Source: a virus (lineage: Duplodnaviria; Caudoviricetes). Taken from it: a stretch of 62,469 nt of DNA. A program made the translations under genes and the position numbers. The first letter of the stretch is position 1. Each line of letters begins with the position of its first letter. This document shows positions 8,132 through 17,311 of the stretch, one piece after another. The notes under the pieces were generated by a model, which was given only the letters and a program-made list of their open reading frames with translations, ran no database searches and had not been told where the DNA came from. The stretch lies in IMG/VR virus record IMGVR_UViG_3300035101_000006, positions 1 to 62,469 of that record. One strand, given 5' to 3'.

Positions 8132-8442
8132 CGGCCGCCTCGCCTTTGGTCGATGATGCACCAGACCAGGACGCCGATGGCCAGCAGCGCCAGGGCAATG
8201 CCAATCGCTGCCTCAAATGCCGATGGACCGTCAGTGCTGGCGTCTGCCATCGTTACCGATGCCGTCACGCCGTCGCCGGTCGGGACGGGTGGGGCGATGA
8301 CGGACACCGGCTGCTGCGCGTGGGCTGGGGTGGCTAGGGACGCGATGACGATGATAAAGGCCAGGACAACGGCGGCAATCGCCACAACGGTCCAGAATAC
8401 CGAACGCGCCGAGTTCTCGTTGTTCCATTCTCCGTCTTTCAT
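8128..8442 (-). CDS. Small two-TM membrane protein
   Basis: Two hydrophobic segments. Confidence 0.6.
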   Translation of the reverse strand: MKDGEWNNENSARSVFWTVVAIAAVVLAFIIVIASLATPAHAQQPVSVIAPPVPTGDGVTASVTMADASTDGPSAFEAAIGIALALLAIGVLVWCIIDQRRGGR

Positions 8443-8660
8443 TGCTCACCCCTTCCCGCCGCCTCTTCCTCGCGGCTGATCTGCGATGATAGCATACAGG
8501 CGGCAATGACGCACGCCAGCGCGACCAGTAGGCCGAATCCGCACACAACGCCGATCCAGAACATCGCCGTCATAGCACACCTCCCAACAGTTGATTTGCG
8601 ACCCAGGCCAGGAGGCCGAGGGCGATGAGTATGGCAAGCATTGCGGCGCTAAGTTGTTTT

Positions 8661-9296
8661 CTAGTCATTTGCCCACCTCCGCGCCGTTGATGTTGGGACC
8701 GGCGCATATCCGTGCTCACTGAGTAATCGCTGGACGCCATCGGCGTTCAGTCCATCGCCACCGCCGTTCAGTCCGGCGCGGATTTTTCGCCATTGGTGAA
8801 TATCGGCTTTCTTTTGGCGCTCATTGGTTTCTGGCTGGTGTTCGCCGGTGTCGATTTGTAAACCGATGGCGCTCATAATGGCGTCACCGACGCCAACCTT
8901 GCGACCCCTGGCGCTCAATGCGTCCACTTGGCGCGCCAAGATGGACAGCAGCCCAACAATCAGCGTGGGAAAGATTGCGTACAACCACGCGAATTTATTG
9001 GTATAGTCCCACGGTCTGACATAGGCCACGTTTAGCCCGCCATCAGTCAGCACGAAAATGAAGTAGCAAGCCCAGGCCGCTCGGCGCGTTGTGGCCCAAT
9101 GCGTGAACCAGGCGCACACAGCGATACCAAAGTCCAGGCCGAGCGCGTAGACGTAGCCCAGCCACTCGAACCCGATCGGCTCAAAGCCACCGGTGAAGGC
9201 GGCGACGTGGACAATGGGCACAACGGTGAAGATTGCCACGAGTAGCCAGATCGCAGCCTTGCGCCAATCAATGAGTTGCACCTTTGTTCGTTTCAA
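8661..9296 (-). CDS. Multi-TM protein with C-terminal HTH-like end (DUF2637-like)
   Basis: Four TM segments, then ...STARRW; start codon uncertain. Confidence 0.55.
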   Translation of the reverse strand: MKRTKVQLIDWRKAAIWLLVAIFTVVPIVHVAAFTGGFEPIGFEWLGYVYALGLDFGIAVCAWFTHWATTRRAAWACYFIFVLTDGGLNVAYVRPWDYTNKFAWLYAIFPTLIVGLLSILARQVDALSARGRKVGVGDAIMSAIGLQIDTGEHQPETNERQKKADIHQWRKIRAGLNGGGDGLNADGVQRLLSEHGYAPVPTSTARRWAND

Positions 9297-10114
9297 TGGT
9301 CTATCTCCTTTGGTCGCCAATTCCAAACGGATTCACATCCAGACACATCAGGTAAATACTTTCCATCAATCTTGTCCGGGCGCACATATTTGACTAGAAA
9401 GTCAACAATCCGCTCGCGCTTCCCGCTATGACGATCTATCAACTTGTCTCGTTCTACTCGCCATACTGCGCCTTCGACTGGTTCCATAGCGCCATAATGC
9501 CCATAGAATCCTGGTAGAACTGGCTCAAGTTTCATCATTGCAATCTCGATTGAAAGCGGATCGCCCCGGTGCAACAGCGGTGGGATAGCGAGGCCAATCC
9601 CACTCGTTCGCTCTCGGAACACATCATAAGGAAAACGGTTATCATCCACCATCAAATCAAAGGCAACAAACGGATCACGCGGCCCCAAGTTATACCGCGT
9701 GCCGTGGGCCTGTGCTAGCCATTCTCCCACGATCCGCTCGCCATCTCGCAAGATGGTCATAAATCGCTCATAATTGAATGGCTCAAACACCCAGGCGTGG
9801 AAAAGTTTGTGCTGTTCCCACGGCGACGAAATGGCAGGGTATCCGGCACGGCCTAATGGAAATAACGCATCACCTATTCGCGCAATGCCGACATTTGAGC
9901 CGTCTAGTTTTTCTTGCACTATAATTTCATCGTGTTTGTCTCGCGCTTTTTCAGTGGCAATCCTCTTTTGGCCTTCGTGACATTTGTGATCTCCTGGCCC
10001 TATGCGACTACCTGGAAGATGCGGTATATGACCATAGTTTTTTCGCCCTAGTGGTTTTTCTATCATCTCTTTTCCTTTCAAGTCTACATAAGCTATGTAG
10101 TCAGTAGCTACCAC
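9293..10114 (-). CDS. RNA ligase family nucleotidyltransferase
   Basis: EKLDGSN, GEW, AFD, EGAVWR, KYVR motifs. Confidence 0.85.
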   Translation of the reverse strand: MVATDYIAYVDLKGKEMIEKPLGRKNYGHIPHLPGSRIGPGDHKCHEGQKRIATEKARDKHDEIIVQEKLDGSNVGIARIGDALFPLGRAGYPAISSPWEQHKLFHAWVFEPFNYERFMTILRDGERIVGEWLAQAHGTRYNLGPRDPFVAFDLMVDDNRFPYDVFRERTSGIGLAIPPLLHRGDPLSIEIAMMKLEPVLPGFYGHYGAMEPVEGAVWRVERDKLIDRHSGKRERIVDFLVKYVRPDKIDGKYLPDVSGCESVWNWRPKEIDH

Positions 10115-10494
10115 ACGTATTGCCTTCCCGTTTTCCGCCTCATCTCTCGATCTATCTCTCGCGTCAGTGATAATGGCCCATCGAAATAGAACCGTTCCGG
10201 TTTGTACGATTTTTCCATCATCTCGATAAAGTGCATCATACCACTAATATGCTCGAACTCTGCCGGGATGAAACGTATCGTCCCACCATTCAGCTTTGAA
10301 CACACGATAATCAGCGACTCACTATCTCCGTGGAAATGGGTGTCAATAGCAACCGCAGTGATTGCGTTGCCGTCAACAACCCACTTTTTCATATCGTAAA
10401 CGACTTGCTGTACGCTGCTGAGTTCACAAGCGATATCGTTTATTCCCAGCCAATTACGTAGTTTCGCTTTTATGCGCTTTGCTATCTTACTCAT
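10108..10494 (-). CDS. Hypothetical protein
   Basis: MSKIAKRIK start after a G-rich SD; lower GC than neighbours. Confidence 0.6.
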   Translation of the reverse strand: MSKIAKRIKAKLRNWLGINDIACELSSVQQVVYDMKKWVVDGNAITAVAIDTHFHGDSESLIIVCSKLNGGTIRFIPAEFEHISGMMHFIEMMEKSYKPERFYFDGPLSLTREIDREMRRKTGRQYVW

Positions 10495-10819
10495 TCCCCG
10501 CCTCCCGCATCTGCGCCAGCGCGTCGGGGTCGCTGGCCTCCGCCCCCGCGCCAGCCCAGCCCAGGGCGGCGGCGGTGTCGTCCTGCTTCGCCGCCAGTTT
10601 CCGCAGCGCCTCGGCGCAGGCGGCGACTTCGGGGCCGAATGCGGCGGGGTCGTCACGGTGCAGCCACTGGTCGGCGGCATCCGTGGTGCTGGCCAGGGTC
10701 GCGGCGTCACCGGCGCGGGCAATGTCGATGATCCATTGCAGCCAGCGGCGGGCCTCGTCGCGCTCTGCTTTCAGGCCGTCGATTTCGTCTTGCATAATCT
10801 GGACGTAGGTCTTAGTCAT
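10487..10819 (-). CDS. Hypothetical protein
   Basis: 110 aa, coupled. Confidence 0.6.
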   Translation of the reverse strand: MTKTYVQIMQDEIDGLKAERDEARRWLQWIIDIARAGDAATLASTTDAADQWLHRDDPAAFGPEVAACAEALRKLAAKQDDTAAALGWAGAGAEASDPDALAQMREAGNE

Positions 10820-11210
10820 CGCGCCTCCATTCTAGCCGAATAATGATGGCTGGTTCTTCGCCGTCTCTCGCCCGACGTGCCGGAGTATCGGTCCCGCCAA
10901 ATATCGAATCATCAATGCCCAGCGCCGCCGCCAGCACATCCTGAATCAGCTTGCGGAAGTTAGACGTGTCTGGCATCCGTCCACGTCCACGTGGAGCGAT
11001 AATTTCTAAGTCTAGCGTGACGGGGTAGCCCGCTGCCACTCTACCGCCCACCTTTCCAATCGAACGGTTGGCATTGCACCGCAGCGCCAACAGCCAGCTT
11101 GAAACGTGAGGCTTGATACCATAACGCGCGCTACCCCGATTGTAGGCGTGATTGACAGATACGTCGGCCTCGTATGGCATTATTGATTGCATCCCGCATT
11201 GCTTTGTCAT
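10812..11210 (-). CDS. rusA: RusA-like Holliday junction resolvase
   Basis: SVNHAY...PDTSNFRKLIQDVL...GIDDS (D-x-x-N-x-x-K-x-x-x-D...DD). Confidence 0.7.
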   Translation of the reverse strand: MTKQCGMQSIMPYEADVSVNHAYNRGSARYGIKPHVSSWLLALRCNANRSIGKVGGRVAAGYPVTLDLEIIAPRGRGRMPDTSNFRKLIQDVLAAALGIDDSIFGGTDTPARRARDGEEPAIIIRLEWRRDD

Positions 11211-11236
11211 TCGTCACCCCAAGAAAAAAGTTTTTT

Positions 11237-11806
11237 CTATCGCTTCAACCGGCGCACGCTCACCGGGTAACCCTTGAGCTGTACTGCCTGCAACTCGTCG
11301 CCCTCGACCGTCACCGTGCGCCCGTTCTGGTCTATGGCCTCGCAGTGTACGACCGTGCCGCCTGTGCGCTCCGGCTCATCGCCCAGGTGCTGCTTGATGT
11401 CGGCAACGCTGGCGCTGTTGTTCCGCGCCCAGGTCAACGCTTCGGCCTGCTCCTGCGGCGTCAGGTCATCCGACTTTGTAACCAGCACGTACCAATAGAC
11501 GCCAAGCGACAGGTCGGGGCTTAGTAGCTGTTCCTGCACTTCGAGCAGCAGCGCAAGCCGCTTGATAGTCTGCGGCGACCAGGCGCTTGCCTCGCTGGCC
11601 GCATCCCTGCCGCCCGGTCCCATTCCGTCGGCCAACGCGGCGAGCATAATGTCGTACTTGAACCCGATCAGCCGCAGGGTGCGCCGGTCCTCAAACGCCT
11701 GTTTCAAATCTTCGACGTTTTGGATCTCTGCGATGCGTTCGCCAAAAGCGGCGGTGAGTTGTTCCAGCAGGGTCGGAACTTGGGGAAGGGTGGGTTGGTC
11801 GGTCAT
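11237..11806 (-). CDS. Hypothetical protein
   Basis: 189 aa ORF. Confidence 0.65.
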   Translation of the reverse strand: MTDQPTLPQVPTLLEQLTAAFGERIAEIQNVEDLKQAFEDRRTLRLIGFKYDIMLAALADGMGPGGRDAASEASAWSPQTIKRLALLLEVQEQLLSPDLSLGVYWYVLVTKSDDLTPQEQAEALTWARNNSASVADIKQHLGDEPERTGGTVVHCEAIDQNGRTVTVEGDELQAVQLKGYPVSVRRLKR

Positions 11807-12015
11807 CGCGCCGTTCTCTTGAAAAAGCTCAGGCGCCTCGGTCCATCTTCGGGCTGTGTTTGGACTATGCCGTCTACAGAGTAGATAAACCCGTCGCCAA
11901 AATACGTGAACACATTAGGGTCATATGATTCTGGGCTATCACCGGCAGCATCGTATTCTACTCGTTCGCCGCTGTCTAGCTGGCATACTGTCTTTGGTTT
12001 GCTTGTGCCATACAT
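11803..12015 (-). CDS. Hypothetical protein
   Basis: MYGTSK start after AGGAG. Confidence 0.55.
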   Translation of the reverse strand: MYGTSKPKTVCQLDSGERVEYDAAGDSPESYDPNVFTYFGDGFIYSVDGIVQTQPEDGPRRLSFFKRTAR

Positions 12016-12100
12016 TTTCAATCTCCTTTTCTCTCCCCCGTTCCCCCCGCCGCCGGGCCGGGCGGGCGCCACTGGCGCGACGGCGGGGAGCGGGGTGGTA

Positions 12101-13039
12101 CTAACTCAGTGCTGTGACTTTCTGCGGATTGCCTTCCTCGGTGACGCAGTAGGTGGCCGTGCGCCCGGTCAGGTCATAGGTCTGCATTGCGTCCAGTTGG
12201 TCGGGGTCCAGCCCGGCCGCCGCCATAACCTCCGGCCAGATTGTCACGCCGTACTTGGAGAACTGGCCGCCTTGCACCTTCCAATAGGTCTTGCCGTTGT
12301 GGACGTTTGCCACCAGTGTTTCAGCCGGGAAGGTGAGCGCACCGACTTCATTCCCACCGCCCGCCTGCGGTGCTTGCGCCGCCGGTGCGGCTGGCTGTGG
12401 CGGCGCGGGTTCGATGTTGGCGGGGTGGGCGGCGCTGGCCTGATGGCGGCCGTTGCCGTTGGGCCGCCAGCCCTTCCCGGCCAGATAGCTCACCAGCTTG
12501 GCGCACGATTCGGCCTTTGCCGCTGCCGTGTCACCGGGTACCAGTCCATCGCGGATCGTGATCATCACGTCTGCGCCGCTGGGGTCGTACATCTTTATTG
12601 ACGCGCTAAACAGCGCCTCTGCATTCTCTGCCATTTCTGATTCCCCTTTCATAATGTTATCGTCGCGCACTATCGCGCCTAGTTCCTGTGCTGCCGCTTC
12701 AACCGGGTCCATCCCCGGCAATTCCCCTTGTCCCTGCGCCTTGAGCACGGCGGCGCAAATCTGCGCCACCAGCGCGTCGCCGCCGTCGTTCAGCCAGTAC
12801 ACCAGCGCCTTGCACTGGCCGGGCGTCAGGTCTTTGCTTGATTCGTGGCCGAACGCTGCAAGGCAGAGCAAGTGGCGCTCGGCGTCGTTGATGTCGTACT
12901 GACTGAACGCGCCCATCAAGCCGCCGCGCCAGTTCTTGCCGTCATCGGCCCGCATCTCATCGGCGCTGGCCGCCAGCACCGCCAGCCAATCGGCGGCCTT
13001 GTGGTCTATGGCGTCAATCCGCTGTAGCAAGTCGCTCAC
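12101..13039 (-). CDS. Hypothetical protein (possible recombination or ssDNA-binding function)
   Basis: 312 aa, Pro/Ala linker, beta-rich C-terminal domain; early-region position. Confidence 0.6.
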   Translation of the reverse strand: MSDLLQRIDAIDHKAADWLAVLAASADEMRADDGKNWRGGLMGAFSQYDINDAERHLLCLAAFGHESSKDLTPGQCKALVYWLNDGGDALVAQICAAVLKAQGQGELPGMDPVEAAAQELGAIVRDDNIMKGESEMAENAEALFSASIKMYDPSGADVMITIRDGLVPGDTAAAKAESCAKLVSYLAGKGWRPNGNGRHQASAAHPANIEPAPPQPAAPAAQAPQAGGGNEVGALTFPAETLVANVHNGKTYWKVQGGQFSKYGVTIWPEVMAAAGLDPDQLDAMQTYDLTGRTATYCVTEEGNPQKVTALS

Positions 13040-13398
13040 ATCGGCCTCCGCGCCTGTTCCTGCTCGTCGCGGCGGTCCTGCTCCTTCTCGCGCAGGTCGT
13101 CAGTGAACAACTCGAACTGCTGCGGGTCCATATCCATAATCTCAGAAACTGTCAACTGCTCTTGCGTCTTGTCCATTTTTCCCTCAACTCCTATCCAGAA
13201 GTGATGTACTAGCACCGTCGCCAGCGGCGCGACCTGCACCCCGCCGACCGTCACTGGCTTGCCCTCATCTAGCGCCGACGGGTGGACGTAGCAGGTGTCA
13301 GGCTCCGTGCCGAACTTGCGGCGGTAGCGGGCGGCGGCTCTGTTCACGCGGTCCGTCAATTCGCCTTGTGTATCCATCCAGAGTAGGCCTTCACGCAT
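13036..13398 (-). CDS. Hypothetical protein
   Basis: Coupled ORF; start uncertain. Confidence 0.55.
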   Translation of the reverse strand: MREGLLWMDTQGELTDRVNRAAARYRRKFGTEPDTCYVHPSALDEGKPVTVGGVQVAPLATVLVHHFWIGVEGKMDKTQEQLTVSEIMDMDPQQFELFTDDLREKEQDRRDEQEQARRPM

Positions 13399-13576
13399 TG
13401 CCTTGCTCCTGGCCGTCATCGTCGCCCATCTCGTGTGCTTCAATTGATGCCTTCAAGTCTGCTATAATCTGCCGCCTGTACTCTGGCCATATAGCCAGGT
13501 CGCGGGCGGCATCTCGATAGTTCTCACCAGCGCCGCAAGCAAGCGCCCGTTGGCGTAGCCTCTCAAGTGATTTCAT
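13391..13576 (-). CDS. Hypothetical protein
   Basis: 61 aa, coupled. Confidence 0.45.
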   Translation of the reverse strand: MKSLERLRQRALACGAGENYRDAARDLAIWPEYRRQIIADLKASIEAHEMGDDDGQEQGNA

Positions 13577-13860
13577 CCATTTCCCCCCTTCATTTCGTCG
13601 TGGGCGGCGAGGGCGGCTTCTAGTATCGGTTTTGCGGTTCCTTTTTTCAAGTGGCTATCAAGTTCCCAAAGAGCTGCTTTACTTGCCCCCGCCAGCCGCT
13701 CCGCGTCGGCCTCTGCGGTCTCTGCGCAGGCGATGGCGGCAGTGAGTTGCAACCGCGCCTCACGCAGTTCAACTATAGCTTTTCTCAAAGCTGTCTTGCC
13801 AGCGCCAGCATATCTTTCTAATGCATCTCGGTTGAATTTCTTGAAGTCGTCTTTACTCAT
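13573..13860 (-). CDS. Hypothetical coiled-coil protein
   Basis: MSKDDFKK...AALAAHDEMKGG. Confidence 0.55.
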   Translation of the reverse strand: MSKDDFKKFNRDALERYAGAGKTALRKAIVELREARLQLTAAIACAETAEADAERLAGASKAALWELDSHLKKGTAKPILEAALAAHDEMKGGNG

Positions 13861-13864
13861 CCCT

Positions 13865-14020
13865 CTACCTCCGCCCCCCTTCCCGCTGGGACCGGCTGCC
13901 CCGACCGGCCCCAGCGGCTCGAAAGGAGGATCGACGATAAATCCGCGCACCACAGCGCGGGCAAAACTCATAGCTTGTCGCAAGTTCAGCGCCGCAATAT
14001 GGACATCGCTTTTTACTCAT
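13865..14020 (-). CDS. Small zinc-ribbon protein (below the ORF-track cutoff)
   Basis: MSKKRCPYCGAELATSYEFCPRCGAR, ATGA overlap. Confidence 0.6.
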   Translation of the reverse strand: MSKKRCPYCGAELATSYEFCPRCGARIYRRSSFRAAGAGRGSRSQREGGRR

Positions 14021-14283
14021 TGCATCACCCGCCTAAATGCGCGCTGGTATGCCTCTGACCTCTCGCCGTCTGGCGCGGCGTCGTATGCCGCATTTCCCAC
14101 CCGTTGCGCCAGCGCGATACGATCAGCGCCGGTGGAACGCCCCCACTCGGCGTCAAGGTAGCGGCTAACCGTGCAGGCGTGGGCCAATGGCGCGCGGTCT
14201 GCAAGGCCAGCGATGGCGGCGAGTTCTGCCGCCAGGTCGCCTGCCTGCTGGGCCTGCTGGATGTCGGTGGAGGTGGTCATCAC
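14017..14283 (-). CDS. Hypothetical protein
   Basis: 88 aa, coupled. Confidence 0.55.
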   Translation of the reverse strand: MMTTSTDIQQAQQAGDLAAELAAIAGLADRAPLAHACTVSRYLDAEWGRSTGADRIALAQRVGNAAYDAAPDGERSEAYQRAFRRVMQ

Positions 14284-14525
14284 TCGCCCCCTTCTACTGC
14301 CGCAATCCCGGCGGCTGTGACGCGGTAGCCGCAGGAGAGGTCGGCGGCGTCCACGACCTTGACGCCGATGCTCTCAAGAATGGCGTCGTTCTGCGCCTGT
14401 CGCGCCCGGTTCCAGTCGGAAACGATAAAGCGCAGGGCTGCCGAGTCGTTGCTCTTGTGCTCCGCTGCCGTGCGCTTGATAATGTCGATCTGTTCTTGTT
14501 CGATGCTGTAGGCTTTGACTTCCAT
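14280..14525 (-). CDS. Ribbon-helix-helix-like regulator
   Basis: KAYSIEQEQIDII...SAALRFIV; first gene after a strong promoter. Confidence 0.55.
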   Translation of the reverse strand: MEVKAYSIEQEQIDIIKRTAAEHKSNDSAALRFIVSDWNRARQAQNDAILESIGVKVVDAADLSCGYRVTAAGIAAVEGGE

Positions 14526-14555
14526 CTGTGCCTCCCCTTGTCTGAATCTGATACT

Positions 14556-14584
14556 ATAATACACTATAAATGCGCCCAAGTCAA
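14556..14584 (-). promoter_or_regulatory. Sigma70-type early promoter
   Basis: TTGACT-17-TATTAT. Confidence 0.75.
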
Positions 14585-14636
14585 GAATTTGTATTGATTA
14601 TTACATTGTAACCGTTCTAAACTGCGCGGGGCACAC

Positions 14637-14662
14637 AAAAGCCGCCCGGCGCCGGGCGGCTC
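14637..14662 (-). terminator. Intrinsic terminator
   Basis: AGCCGCCCGG cg CCGGGCGGCT followed by TTT on the minus strand. Confidence 0.7.
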
Positions 14663-14675
14663 CTGCGGGGTGGGA

Positions 14676-14828
14676 CTAATCAAAGTCCTCGGTGTCCCAA
14701 TCGGTCGGCACCCCGGTTGCATAGTCCCACGCGGGCGGTCCCCCCTTGTACCGCCGCCGCCACTTGGCGGCCAGCCCGAGGGCGATAACTGCACAGACGA
14801 GAAACACGACGATCAACACGCCTTCCAT
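14676..14828 (-). CDS. Small single-TM protein
   Basis: MEGVLIVVFLVCAVIALGLAAKWRRR, 50 aa. Confidence 0.5.
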   Translation of the reverse strand: MEGVLIVVFLVCAVIALGLAAKWRRRYKGGPPAWDYATGVPTDWDTEDFD

Positions 14829-14830
14829 TG

Positions 14831-15061
14831 CTATTCCCCTTTCTTTACGGTTCTGACTGTCGCCACCAGTTCGCCTGTGGCGACGTGCTGCCCACCTACA
14901 AAATCAACGCCGATCAACAGGCGATCAACCACTACAAGCGTGCTGGTCCCGCGCAGGTTGAGGAAGAAGCGGTCACCTGGCACAAGGCGGAACGGGAGCG
15001 CCAGGTTGCCAATATCGACCATTTGCTCGTCCGTTTCGAGTAGGATACCGTGGTTAATCAT
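14831..15061 (-). CDS. Hypothetical protein
   Basis: 76 aa with SD. Confidence 0.55.
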   Translation of the reverse strand: MINHGILLETDEQMVDIGNLALPFRLVPGDRFFLNLRGTSTLVVVDRLLIGVDFVGGQHVATGELVATVRTVKKGE

Positions 15062-15070
15062 AGCGCCCCC

Positions 15071-15352
15071 TCACATCCTGGTGCAATCTGCGCGGTCGCC
15101 GTTGCCCCGTCCTTGTGCGTTGGCGTTATCATACCTGCTGGCGGCGCGAAACGTGAACAGCGCCGCGACCAGTCCGGCGACTACGAGCGCCGCCGCAATG
15201 ATGGGGCGCTCTGGTCCCGGCGCGATGTTCGTGAAAGAGTAGTGCTGTTCCTCTGATGGCACGTCATCCATTGTCACCGCGCCGTAGACCAACAGGGCGA
15301 AAAAGGCCAAACACAAAAAACACAGCCCGCCGCTTACAAGCATTCTCATCAC
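15071..15352 (-). CDS. Two-TM membrane protein
   Basis: Two hydrophobic segments. Confidence 0.55.
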   Translation of the reverse strand: MMRMLVSGGLCFLCLAFFALLVYGAVTMDDVPSEEQHYSFTNIAPGPERPIIAAALVVAGLVAALFTFRAASRYDNANAQGRGNGDRADCTRM

Positions 15353-16092
15353 TCGCCCCCTTTGGTCGCGTCGTGGGCGGCGAGGGCGGCTTCAATCCGT
15401 TGCGTTTGCGTGAGTACATCGTCTAATGACATATCCCAGGCAGATACAACGGCTGCTGTTATTTCCTCTATGCTAGAAAGTGCCTGCGCTAAATTCTCTT
15501 TGTTGTTGAATGGTATCTTGCAGATGGATTCAATTACTCCTAGAGTTGCCGCCAGCCTCTCGGCTAGAATCTGCATATCGCTAGCGGTCGCCTTCCACTT
15601 CTCTGTGTCGGCCTCTGCTGCCTTAGCACGGGCGAACGTCGCGAAGCCCACTCTGATCAACTCACTGTTTTTTCTATTGGCAGCCTCCGCGTCAGCCTCT
15701 GCCGCCTCCCGTGCCTTGCGCTCGTCCAGCAGCGCCTCGGCGGTGGCGTTCGACTGCGCGATGTTGGCTTGCAGGGCGGCCGCTGCGATGGCGGCTTGTG
15801 CCTCGGCGTCGGCAAGCGCGGCCCCTACGTCATCCACCTGCTTGCGTGGATCGACCGTGCCGGTTGCTCCGGGCCATTCGGCGGGACCGCCAAAGACCCA
15901 GGAATGACACCATAGCTTCCAGCGGCCAAGCTCTGCCTCGGCGGCCTCGGCGCGGGCGGTGGCGGTGGCGAGTGCTTCGGTAACACGACCAAACAGCGAT
16001 AACTCAGCAAGTCCCTGGTGCGTTGGGACGCCCTGCCCGTCGAGGAAGCCTACTATGTATTCAAATTGTTTCTTAATTTCTGATTCATTCAT
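15349..16092 (-). CDS. Ala-rich coiled-coil protein
   Basis: Repeated ARAEAAEA/AEAD motifs. Confidence 0.65.
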   Translation of the reverse strand: MNESEIKKQFEYIVGFLDGQGVPTHQGLAELSLFGRVTEALATATARAEAAEAELGRWKLWCHSWVFGGPAEWPGATGTVDPRKQVDDVGAALADAEAQAAIAAAALQANIAQSNATAEALLDERKAREAAEADAEAANRKNSELIRVGFATFARAKAAEADTEKWKATASDMQILAERLAATLGVIESICKIPFNNKENLAQALSSIEEITAAVVSAWDMSLDDVLTQTQRIEAALAAHDATKGGE

Positions 16093-16291
16093 CCCCCTCG
16101 CTCCTTTCTGCCCCTGCCCCGTCGCCGTCGCTGGGGGCGCGGCGCTGCGCTACCTTATCATTGACGGGATTAAGATAGCCTAGTTTGTCCAGCGCATTCA
16201 CAACGTTGTAAACCAGACGCTTTGATTTCCTGCGCTGCATATATTCCTCAACCTCGTTGGTTATCCTGAATAGGTCTACTGGATGCATCAC
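16085..16291 (-). CDS. Hypothetical protein
   Basis: 68 aa, coupled. Confidence 0.5.
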   Translation of the reverse strand: MMHPVDLFRITNEVEEYMQRRKSKRLVYNVVNALDKLGYLNPVNDKVAQRRAPSDGDGAGAERSEGDE

Positions 16292-17025
16292 TCCTCCTTG
16301 TCCCCGTCGATGGGGGCGGGTGGGGCGGTGCGCCCGCTTTGCACACTGTGTGTCAGCGGACCGCCCACATTTTCAAAGCGTTTGCCGCGACAAATCAAAC
16401 TGATAGCGGATTCAGTGTATCCGTAATCATTGGCGATACTCAATAGAGTTTCACCGCCTGCCCGACGAGTCCTAATTTCTATCACTTGCTCGGGGGAAAG
16501 TCGCCGTCCGGGTATAAGCGGGCCGCCCGCATTCTTATGACAATAGCCCCTGCAAATAGCTCTTACGTGGCTTTTTGACATTCCATATTCATCTGCCAGG
16601 GTTGCCATTGTAGCGCCCCTGTTTGCCTTGTGCCTAATTTGCCGTACCCGGCGGCGTGTAAGTGCCTCCTTATCTTCTAAGTTTCCCTGGTGAGTGTCGT
16701 ATCGGAGGTTGTCAAGGCGGTTATTCCTGGGGTCGCTGTCATTGTGGCACGCCTCCATACCATCTGGTGGAGGGCCGACAAAGGCCAATAATACGAGGTT
16801 GTGAACACGTCGAGGGTATCGTACTCCATCTTTGCATAGCATCACAAAAAGATACGTCCCGCCCCCCAAACACTGGGATAGTATCTTTTGTGGTTTGTCC
16901 ATAATTTCCCACTGAGGCCCGGCGTCGCTTATTCCAGTGCATTTTTTATAGCTCCGCACTGTCCCAAAATTGCTTATATCATACCCAGGGAAACCCGGTA
17001 TGGGACGGTACTTTTCTTGCATCAC
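16288..17025 (-). CDS. NUMOD4-HNH homing endonuclease with two C-terminal HTH repeats
   Basis: YRPIPGFPGYDISNFGTVRS, VHNLVLLAF..CHNDSDPRNNRLDNL; two A..YG.S/T...ICRG repeats. Confidence 0.9.
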   Translation of the reverse strand: MMQEKYRPIPGFPGYDISNFGTVRSYKKCTGISDAGPQWEIMDKPQKILSQCLGGGTYLFVMLCKDGVRYPRRVHNLVLLAFVGPPPDGMEACHNDSDPRNNRLDNLRYDTHQGNLEDKEALTRRRVRQIRHKANRGATMATLADEYGMSKSHVRAICRGYCHKNAGGPLIPGRRLSPEQVIEIRTRRAGGETLLSIANDYGYTESAISLICRGKRFENVGGPLTHSVQSGRTAPPAPIDGDKEE

Positions 17026-17031
17026 AACCCC

Positions 17032-17098
17032 CTTGACAATGTTTATACCATAATACTCTATTGGGGACCGATTGTCAAGACATTGTAATCATTCTAAA
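17032..17098 (-). promoter_or_regulatory. Sigma70 promoter with inverted-repeat operator
   Basis: TTGACA-17-TATTAT; IR CTTGACAAT (17032) / ATTGTCAAG (17071). Confidence 0.75.
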
Positions 17099-17229
17099 TA
17101 AGCAAAAACCTTAACCTAACTTGTATAATTCTGCCTTCACTCCCCGCTAACTGTATGCACAATGTTACAATCTTACCATTCCCCCGCCCCAATGTTAAAG
17201 ATTGCCACTTTTGTACCATTGCCGCAACG

Positions 17230-17255
17230 AAAAAGCCCCCGCCTAGGACGGGGGC
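17230..17255 (-). terminator. Intrinsic terminator ending the late operon
   Basis: GCCCCCG..CGGGGGC followed by TTTTT on the minus strand. Confidence 0.75.
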
Positions 17256-17311
17256 AGGGACGGCCCGCACGGTGGCGGGCGTCGGGCCGGGGATGCTGTC
17301 GCCCGGCGGGG

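Noticed and set aside
685-16291. Recurrent ...GGE/KGE protein C-termini
   Set aside because: Explained by Shine-Dalgarno sequences overlapping the upstream gene end
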